32,000 nt of DNA, from assembly GCA_964536865.1 (NCBI GenBank), contig CAZHYN010000011.1, forward strand, positions 1 to 32,000, given 5' to 3'. This DNA comes from an uncultured Planctomycetia bacterium. Its GTDB lineage: Bacteria > Omnitrophota > Gorgyraeia > Duberdicusellales > 4484-171. The position numbers were made by a program, and so were the translations under genes. The notes under the pieces are model-generated. The model worked only from the letters and a program-made list of their open reading frames with translations. It made no database searches and was not told the DNA's origin. Below are positions 16,583-22,858 of this stretch, in pieces (position 1 is the first letter of the stretch; each line of letters begins with the position of its first letter).

Positions 16583-17008
16583 ATGGAATTTGAAAGGGGA
16601 AAGAGAATAAGAATACATTTAGATATTGCTCCTTTAATAGATATAGTCTTATTACTTCTGGTCTTTTTTATGCTCACATCAAACTTTATTATGCAACCAG
16701 GAATAAAGATAACTTTACCTAAAGCAAAAATCTCCAAACCCCAGGAAGAAGAAAATATTATTGTATTTATAACCAAAGACAACAAAATATACCTTAACGA
16801 TAGAGAAATAAGTATTGATGAGTTAAAGGATGCTTTGGAGGAGAAACTAAAAACAGCTCAAAAAAAGATCGTGGTTCTAAAAGCCGATGAGAAGATTAAC
16901 CTTGGTCTGGCGGTAAGAGTGATGGATATTGCAAAAGAAGCAAAAGCAGAAAACTTGATAATTTCAACCGAAATGGAGTACCAGCACAATAGAGCACCAG
17001 AGCACTAG
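16583..17008 (+). CDS. exbD: ExbD/TolR biopolymer transport protein
   Basis: Single N-terminal TM (IAPLIDIVLLLLVFFM) and a periplasmic ExbD-type domain. It lies between exbB and tonB. Confidence 0.85.
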   Translation: MEFERGKRIRIHLDIAPLIDIVLLLLVFFMLTSNFIMQPGIKITLPKAKISKPQEEENIIVFITKDNKIYLNDREISIDELKDALEEKLKTAQKKIVVLKADEKINLGLAVRVMDIAKEAKAENLIISTEMEYQHNRAPEH

Positions 17009-17049
17009 AGCACCAGCGCACCAGTAGGAGAATAACTGGTAACTGGTGC
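16994..17049 (+). repeat. Four tandem 8-nt units (GCACYAGN) across the exbD stop, plus inverted AACTGGT x2 copies before the tonB start
   Basis: The units gcaccaga, gcactaga, gcaccagc and gcaccagt span 16994-17025. AGGAG follows. Then aactggt/aactggtgc at 17034-17049, which is the reverse complement of GCACCAGT. Confidence 0.6.
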
Positions 17050-17052
17050 ACT

Positions 17053-17751
17053 ATGAAGCAACCTGTGTCAGAAGACAGAGTAATAAAAATTACCTTCATA
17101 ATTTCACTTACAGCCCATTGTCTGTTTTTAGGAGCGCCTGGATTTAATTCAAACAGGCGTCAACCTGAGAATTCCGAGAAAATATCTGTTCAGATTGAAA
17201 TAGAAAAGCCACCTCTTTTGCCTAAAATAGATGTAATGGGAGAGGAGAAAAAGCTTCCGCCCGAGGCGGATCCGCCCTCCGTGGAGAAAAAGATAGTGAA
17301 GGAAGAAAAGCTACTCGAGCCAAAATCTCAACCCGAAGAAGAAAAAATTGTGAAAGAGCCAGAGCCACAACCCAAAAAGCAGATAAAAGATATAAAAGTA
17401 GAACAACCCCAGCCAGAACCAGCTCAAGAAATTGTAGAGGTTATAAACCCTCAAAAAGAGGCAATGCTCAGGTATCAGGATATGATTAAACAGAAGATTG
17501 AATCTCATCGTAAATACCCTCCTTGGGCAAAGAAACATGGAATTGAGGGAACAGTCCATCTTAAATTTACAATTTTATCTACAGGTTTTGCCAGAGATAT
17601 TAAAATTATAAAGTCATCAAGTTTTAATATCTTAAATAAAGAAGCAATCTCTACAGTAAAAAGAGCTCAACCTTTTCCACCTATTCCTCCTGACATAAAT
17701 ACCTCTTCTCTTTCAATGGAGGTTTCTATCGTCTTTACATTGCAATATTGA
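17053..17751 (+). CDS. tonB: TonB energy transducer
   Basis: N-terminal anchor, a Pro/Glu/Lys-rich spacer (EPKSQPEEEKIVKEPEPQPKKQ..QPQPEP), and a C-terminal TonB domain (YPPWAKKHGIEGTVHLKFTI...G). Confidence 0.8.
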   Translation: MKQPVSEDRVIKITFIISLTAHCLFLGAPGFNSNRRQPENSEKISVQIEIEKPPLLPKIDVMGEEKKLPPEADPPSVEKKIVKEEKLLEPKSQPEEEKIVKEPEPQPKKQIKDIKVEQPQPEPAQEIVEVINPQKEAMLRYQDMIKQKIESHRKYPPWAKKHGIEGTVHLKFTILSTGFARDIKIIKSSSFNILNKEAISTVKRAQPFPPIPPDINTSSLSMEVSIVFTLQY

Positions 17752-17770
17752 AAAGAAAAAAGCAGGTGGC

Positions 17771-17899
17771 CTTAAAGTAAATGAGCATTTAACTTTGAGC
17801 CCTGATTTGCAGGTTATCTTGAACCCGTATGATGAAGATGCGATAAATGGAGATAAAATCATTGCTATTGTTGGCTTAAGGGCACAGGTTGATTTTTAA
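17771..17899 (+). pseudogene. Possible 3' remnant of an outer-membrane porin gene (OprB-like C-terminus)
   Basis: The frame reads ...LKVNEHLTLSPDLQVILNPYDEDAINGDKIIAIVGLRAQVDF*. It ends in a typical beta-barrel terminal Phe. No in-frame start codon or N-terminal part is present. Confidence 0.3.
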
Positions 17900-18046
17900 A
17901 GATTATTTTGCGGTTTTTCATCACTAAAATTTTGCTTCTCTGTATTATCAAAACGAGCAATTCATATCTTTGTTTTAAAAACAATGAGAATTTTCATATA
18001 TCACCAATAAATGAATATGCAGCGAACTTTTATTTTCTCAAAAAGG

Positions 18047-18075
18047 TTGACAAGAGAATAGTGATTTGGTATTCT
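18047..18075 (+). promoter_or_regulatory. Putative promoter of the Fur-family gene, overlapped by an imperfect palindrome
   Basis: TTGACA at 18047-18052, a 17-nt spacer, and TGgTATTCT at 18067-18075. The inverted repeat TCTAAATGAAA/TTTCTATTTAGA spans 18073-18099. Confidence 0.45.
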
Positions 18076-18113
18076 AAATGAAACAGATTTCTATTTAGAT
18101 TTAAGGTGTTATT

Positions 18114-18530
18114 ATGAAAGATATGAAAGAATCATACTTAAATAAATTAAGAAAGAATAAGCTTAAACTGACTCCTAAACGAAGAGCGATTATAGATTTC
18201 TTTCTATATAAGGACCGATATTTAACTCCTCAAGATCTCTGGAGAGGATTAAGGAAAGAGTTTGTCCACCTTGGTTTGCCCAGTATTTACAGAAATTTGG
18301 AAGCATTTTCTAAATGCGGAATATTGACAAAAATTCAAAGGCCTGATAGAAGGCTCTATTATGGACTATGTAAATCTGAGAATAAGCATCACCACCATAT
18401 AATTTGTATCAGATGTGGTAAGGTTAGAGAATTTTCTGATTGTGATTTATTCAAGAAGAAAACTATTAAAGGGTTTAAGGTAATAAGCCATTCTTTGCAG
18501 ATAGAGGGTATATGCTCTAATTGTAGATAA
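18114..18530 (+). CDS. Fur-family metalloregulator (metal specificity undetermined)
   Basis: Winged-helix N-terminal half (LTPKRRAIIDFF), the HHHHIICIRCGKV motif, and a C-terminal CSNC. Confidence 0.85.
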   Translation: MKDMKESYLNKLRKNKLKLTPKRRAIIDFFLYKDRYLTPQDLWRGLRKEFVHLGLPSIYRNLEAFSKCGILTKIQRPDRRLYYGLCKSENKHHHHIICIRCGKVREFSDCDLFKKKTIKGFKVISHSLQIEGICSNCR

Positions 18531-18559
18531 GCAGCTAATTTTTTTTATTTATTAAATGG

Positions 18560-18574
18560 AAATGATTTTCATTT
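18560..18574 (+). promoter_or_regulatory. Candidate Fur-family operator
   Basis: Perfect inverted repeat AAATGA-ttt-TCATTT, nested in TTAAATG..CATTTAA (18552-18576). It lies 18 nt upstream of the ATG of the membrane-protein gene. Confidence 0.4.
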
Positions 18575-18591
18575 AAGGTGAGGAGGTAAAA

Positions 18592-19182
18592 ATGTTTAAG
18601 CAAATATTGAAAGAATTAAGAAGGCACGCTCCCTTTACCAGTTTAGGAGCCTTTACTGGTATTATTATCATGATAATCTCCTATAAGCTCCCTGCCAGGA
18701 CTTCTTATAATATCTTTTATATACTTCATCCTCTCCATGTTCTTTTAAGCGCATTAGTCACTGCTTCTATGTATAAACTTTATAAAGATAAGGCTAAATT
18801 CTGGAATCTAATCTTAATTGGTTATGGGGGTTCGGTTGGTATAGCTACATTGAGCGATTGTGTAATTCCTTATTTGGGTGAGATATTATTAAATCTGCCT
18901 AATAGAGGTATTCATTTGGGATTTATTGAAAAATGGTGGTTAGTAAATCCTTTGGCATTTATAGGTATTGCTGTAGCTTATTTTAAGCCAACAACCAAAT
19001 TTCCTCATTCCGGTCATGTTCTCTTAAGCACCTGGGCATCCCTATTTCATATTATTATGGCAATAGGGCAGACTCTGAACTGGTTTTCTTATATAGTTGT
19101 CTTTTTATTTTTGTTTCTTGCGGTGTGGTTTCCTTGTTGTTTAAGCGATATCATATTTCCCTTATTGTTTGTGAGAAAATGA
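18592..19182 (+). CDS. Uncharacterised polytopic membrane protein with internal two-fold repeat and His/Asp/Cys motifs (putative metal transporter)
   Basis: SD GAGGAGG lies upstream. H46-P-L-H49-VLLS repeats as H139-S-G-H142-VLLS. LSDCVIP (res 87-93) repeats as LSDIIFP (res 184-190), and a CC pair is present. The protein is hydrophobic throughout. Confidence 0.7.
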   Translation: MFKQILKELRRHAPFTSLGAFTGIIIMIISYKLPARTSYNIFYILHPLHVLLSALVTASMYKLYKDKAKFWNLILIGYGGSVGIATLSDCVIPYLGEILLNLPNRGIHLGFIEKWWLVNPLAFIGIAVAYFKPTTKFPHSGHVLLSTWASLFHIIMAIGQTLNWFSYIVVFLFLFLAVWFPCCLSDIIFPLLFVRK

Positions 19183-19286
19183 AAAGCATTATTAGAATAG
19201 GACGAATTCTAAGTATTACCATATTTATAAGTGGTGTGGCTTTTTATCTTTTGTTTGCCATCATCCACCTCTCGGGTGAATATTAG
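19179..19286 (+). CDS. Possible 35-aa single-TM peptide; not in the supplied ORF track
   Basis: Its ATG overlaps the preceding stop (aATGA). Hand translation is MKSIIRIGRILSITIFISGVAFYLLFAIIHLSGEY, which contains one clear hydrophobic helix. Confidence 0.3.
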   Translation: MKSIIRIGRILSITIFISGVAFYLLFAIIHLSGEY

Positions 19287-19332
19287 GCTTTTTTGCAAAA
19301 TAGCCTTATTCTCTGGAGAGCAAAAGCCTTTT
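19285..19332 (+). terminator. Possible intrinsic terminator (bulged stem, large loop)
   Basis: AGGCTTTT(tt)GC at 19285-19296 pairs with GCAAAAGCCT at 19320-19329, and TTT follows. Confidence 0.3.
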
Positions 19333-19528
19333 AAAATTAAGAGTGTTTTTCCTCACCAAATTTACCTTACACTTCTCTCTTTTATCCCAAAAATTTACCC
19401 CCAACCACAGAAAGCCATCCCTCTTTTAAGGAAAGGGCGGGGTAAGCCCGTGGTTCGGGGTTTACTTAAATTTATTTTGCAATAACATTTAACACTTTAT
19501 TGTTGTAGCAGCAAAGGAAGGAAAAGTA

Positions 19529-19556
19529 TTGACGCATTCTTTTATTATGATATAAG
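19529..19556 (+). promoter_or_regulatory. Putative promoter of the arsR-def-redox operon
   Basis: TTGACG at 19529-19534, a 16-nt spacer, and an extended -10 TGaTATAAG at 19548-19556. Confidence 0.45.
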
Positions 19557-19583
19557 AATATATACATATAATAAGGAAGGAGG

Positions 19584-19874
19584 ATGTCTATGATAGATTA
19601 TAGAAAGATAGCTGATTTTTTTGATGCCCTTTCTCATCCTATTCGGCTAAGAATAGTAGTGGAGTTACTGAGAGGTAGAAGGTGTGTGGGAGATATAAGA
19701 GAGTTAGTAGAGACTAAACAACCAAATGCCTCTCGTCACCTCTTACTTTTGAAGTTTAACGGTATTGTAGACTGGAGACAGGAGGGACGGATGAAGTGTT
19801 ACTTTTTAAGGAGTCCTCAATTAATAAAAGATATTTTAAAAGTATTGGAGAAAAACAAACTAAGTAAGCTTTAG
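19584..19874 (+). CDS. ArsR/SmtB-family transcriptional regulator
   Basis: LSHPIRLRIVVELLRGRRCVGDI followed by QPNASRHLLLLKFNGIV, which is the ArsR-type HTH. SD GGAAGGAGG lies upstream. Confidence 0.85.
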   Translation: MSMIDYRKIADFFDALSHPIRLRIVVELLRGRRCVGDIRELVETKQPNASRHLLLLKFNGIVDWRQEGRMKCYFLRSPQLIKDILKVLEKNKLSKL

Positions 19875-19906
19875 ATAGAAAATACTCGGTATAACTTTAA
19901 CTCAAA

Positions 19907-20401
19907 ATGAAAAAAAACAGAGAGCAGTTCTTAGAGATTAGGAAGTATCCAGACAAGATTTTAAGAGAGAAATGTCAACCTGTGGAGGAGATTACATCGA
20001 GAGAGAAAGATATATTTACAAATATGCTTTTTACTATGAAATATTTTAGAGGAATAGGCTTAGCTGCTCCTCAGGTAGGGATTCTTAGAAATTTAATTGT
20101 AATAGATATTGGAGAGGGAATTATAAAATTAGCAAATCCCAAAGTTATTAAGAGAAAGGGCGAAGAGGAGGAGATGGAGGGTTGCTTAAGTATTCCTGGC
20201 ACAGGGGTTAGTGTAAAGAGATCTTATGAGATTGTGGTAGAGGCTTTAAATCAAGAAGGTAAGCTTATAGAGGTAAAGGCAAAGGGTCTTCTAGCAAGAG
20301 TATTACAACATGAGATAGATCATTTAGAAGGGAAGTTAATTATAGATTATTTACCATTTTTAGAGAAGATAAAATTTAGATTAAAGAGAAGGAATAGATG
20401 A
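19907..20401 (+). CDS. def: Peptide deformylase
   Basis: All three signature motifs are present: GIGLAAPQVG, EGCLSIPG and QHEIDHLEG. Confidence 0.92.
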   Translation: MKKNREQFLEIRKYPDKILREKCQPVEEITSREKDIFTNMLFTMKYFRGIGLAAPQVGILRNLIVIDIGEGIIKLANPKVIKRKGEEEEMEGCLSIPGTGVSVKRSYEIVVEALNQEGKLIEVKAKGLLARVLQHEIDHLEGKLIIDYLPFLEKIKFRLKRRNR

Positions 20402-20431
20402 CTCCTAATAAAAATAACAAAGGAGTAAAAG

Positions 20432-21487
20432 ATGTTAGTGGATGGAAGGACAAGAGATTTATTGAGAGAAAAGTTTGATCAAGAATTGGAAGAGAAAGTA
20501 GATATTAAAGTTTTTACTCGTTCAATTATCATTGATAGTGAAAGCTTAGAGAGTGCTAGATTAGCTGAAAGTTTAGTAAGAGAACTTTCTCAAATTAGTA
20601 GTAAGATAATACCAGAATTTATGAGTTTAGAAGACAATTTAGCTAAAGAGCTAAATCTATCAGTTTCTCCTACAATTCTAATAGGAAGGGATAAAGATTA
20701 TAATATTCAATTTTGGGGAAATTCTTTCATTTGGATACCTCAGGTATTTATTGAAACAATATCTTTGGTATCTCAAGGAAAGAGCAAGTTAGAGTCGAAG
20801 TTAGTTAGTAAGTTAAGGAATATAGATAGGGAACTTCTTGTGGATATATATTTTAATCGTCAATTACTCATTTCTAATTCATTAGGACTATTAGCCATTA
20901 GGATAGCAGTGGAATTTCCTAAAATGATTAAAGTACGGTTTAGAGGGGAACAAAAAACTGAAGATAGAATAGGGAAGCTAGCTTTATTAAAATTACCAGC
21001 TATCTTGATAAACGGTGAAAGAGACTCCTTACTTACACCTCCTATCTCGGAGACTGAGTTTATAAAGAGGCTTATTTTATATGGAGCTCCCCATAGGAAG
21101 GAGCTTATTGTTGAATTAGAGGAAGAGGAGAAGAAGAAGTTTGAATTGGTAGATAATCCAGACTCTCCTATTTTACTTTCTCATAAGAATTTTGATGAGG
21201 CAGTAAGAAGGTATGTTATTCTTGTAGTAGACTTCTGGGCACAGTGGTGTGCTCCCTGTTTGATGTTGGCTCCCATAATAGAGAGATTGGCGAAAAAGTA
21301 TAAAGGGAAGATAGTTTTTGGAAAGTTAAATATAGAAGAGAACCAAGAGATAGCTTCTCGTTTTGGGATAATGTCTATTCCTACCTTAATTATCTTTAAA
21401 AAAGGTAATATTATGGATACTCTTATTGGAGTAATGCCGGAGTCTACATTGGAGGAAAAATTCAATATGTATTTAGAGAAAAGATAA
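20432..21487 (+). CDS. Multi-domain thioredoxin-fold protein: two Cys-less PDO/glutaredoxin-like modules plus a C-terminal active thioredoxin (WCAPC)
   Basis: The C-terminus reads VVDFWAQWCAPCLMLAP...MSIPTLIIFKKG. The N-terminus (LLREKFDQELEEKVDIKVFT...SPTILIG) resembles protein-disulfide-oxidoreductase units but has no CxxC. Confidence 0.75.
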   Translation: MLVDGRTRDLLREKFDQELEEKVDIKVFTRSIIIDSESLESARLAESLVRELSQISSKIIPEFMSLEDNLAKELNLSVSPTILIGRDKDYNIQFWGNSFIWIPQVFIETISLVSQGKSKLESKLVSKLRNIDRELLVDIYFNRQLLISNSLGLLAIRIAVEFPKMIKVRFRGEQKTEDRIGKLALLKLPAILINGERDSLLTPPISETEFIKRLILYGAPHRKELIVELEEEEKKKFELVDNPDSPILLSHKNFDEAVRRYVILVVDFWAQWCAPCLMLAPIIERLAKKYKGKIVFGKLNIEENQEIASRFGIMSIPTLIIFKKGNIMDTLIGVMPESTLEEKFNMYLEKR

Positions 21488-21603
21488 AAACTAGATAAGA
21501 AAATTGATAAGATGAGAAAGGATGAACAAATAGAAAGGATAATTCAAGGAAAGCTGGAGAGGTATTGTTTGATAGATTGTAGAGATTCCAAAGGAGGGAT
21601 GGT

Positions 21604-21900
21604 ATGAAGATGCAGGAGAGGATTGAGAAAGCTCTAAAGAGTATAGAGCATCCTGAAATTGCATATACTCTTTGGGAATTAGGAATGCTTGAAGGGATTG
21701 TTGTTAAAGAAGATAAGGTGTTAGTTACTTTGAAACTTCCTAGAGTAGGTGTGCCCATTCGAGAACAATTGATAGAGAGTATCAAGAGTGCTGTGAAAAA
21801 TGAAAATGTTCATATAGATGTTAAGATAAGTATAAAAGAAATGAGTGATGAGGAACGTATAAGATTTATGAAGATGGCCCAAGAAGCATGGAAAGGATAA
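21604..21900 (+). CDS. DUF59/MIP18-family (SufT-like) Fe-S assembly protein
   Basis: The pattern IEKALKSIEHPEIAYTLWELGMLEGIVVKEDKVLVTLKLP is typical of DUF59. SD GGAGGG lies 5 nt upstream. Confidence 0.75.
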   Translation: MKMQERIEKALKSIEHPEIAYTLWELGMLEGIVVKEDKVLVTLKLPRVGVPIREQLIESIKSAVKNENVHIDVKISIKEMSDEERIRFMKMAQEAWKG

Positions 21901-21901
21901 A

Positions 21902-22858
21902 ATGAGTTCTTTTGAGAAAAATGAAAAAATAGAACGGAAAGAGGTATTAATAATTGGAGGTGGTCCGGCAGGACTTAGTGCAGGAATCTACGCTGGATAT
22001 TTTGGAATTGAGGCATTAATTCTTGAGAAGGGAATCTTGGGAGGCGTAGCGGGAGAAATTCCTCTGTTAGAGAACTATCCTGGGATTGAGAGTAAAATTA
22101 CAGGTAGAGATTTAATAGAAAGAATGGTGAGAAGATGTGATGAGGTAGGAGTAGAGAGGCATCAGTTTGAAGAGGTTGTTAAATTACAACTTAAAGATAC
22201 ACCTAAAGTAGTGGAAACAGATAAGTCTAAATATCTTGCTGATAATGTAATTATTGCCTCAGGAAGAGCTCATAGAACATTGGGGGTAGTAGGAGAGGAG
22301 GAGTTTAGGGGAAGAGGAGTAAGCTACTGTGCTGTGTGTGATGGAGCTTTCTTCAAGAATAGGAAAGTGACAGTAATAGGAGAAAGTTTTCCTGTTGTAG
22401 AAGTTGCTTTATATTTTTCTAATTTAGCATCGGAAGTAGTTCTAGTGTATTTAGGTTCTAAAATAGATATAGAAAAGAGTTTAATCACTAGATTAGAAGA
22501 AAAGAAAGTAAAACTTCTAAAAAACGTAGAGGTGAAGGAGATTAAAGGAGAAGTTAAAGTAAGAAGTGTGGTTGTAGGGGATAAAAAAACACACGTTACT
22601 AAGGAGATAGACACCGATGGTGTATTCTTTCAGGTAGAGGGAATTCCCCAGAGCAGACTAGCGAAAGAGGCAGGGGTGAGGGTAGACAAAGAAGAATATG
22701 TGATTATAGATGAAAAGATGAGAACCAATATTAAAGGAGTGTATGCTATCGGCGATGTTACTAGTTGTGAAGTTAAACGGATAATTACTGGAGTTGCTCA
22801 GGCTTTAGTAGCCATCACGGATATATTTAGGGAGAAAGCCGGATATGTTACAAAATAA
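21902..22858 (+). CDS. Thioredoxin-reductase-like flavoprotein lacking NADPH-binding motifs
   Basis: FAD motif IIGGGPAGLSAG, redox CAVC (nt 22328-22339), and C-terminal GVYAIGDV. The expected GGGNxAxEEA reads GESFPVVEVA, and the expected HRRDxFRA reads YLGSKIDI. Confidence 0.85.
   Translation: MSSFEKNEKIERKEVLIIGGGPAGLSAGIYAGYFGIEALILEKGILGGVAGEIPLLENYPGIESKITGRDLIERMVRRCDEVGVERHQFEEVVKLQLKDTPKVVETDKSKYLADNVIIASGRAHRTLGVVGEEEFRGRGVSYCAVCDGAFFKNRKVTVIGESFPVVEVALYFSNLASEVVLVYLGSKIDIEKSLITRLEEKKVKLLKNVEVKEIKGEVKVRSVVVGDKKTHVTKEIDTDGVFFQVEGIPQSRLAKEAGVRVDKEEYVIIDEKMRTNIKGVYAIGDVTSCEVKRIITGVAQALVAITDIFREKAGYVTK

Noticed and set aside
19231-19485. 84-aa ORF after the membrane-protein gene.
   Set aside because: It has a non-ATG start, no SD and a junk-like sequence. 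It spans the putative terminator and the GC-rich structured element.
21512-21607. 31-aa ORF (MRKDEQIERIIQGKLERYCLIDCRDSKGGMV) ending in an ATGA overlap with the DUF59 gene.
   Set aside because: It has no SD and no recognisable motif, and it is too short to support without comparative data. The overlap could be coincidental because the DUF59 SD lies inside it.
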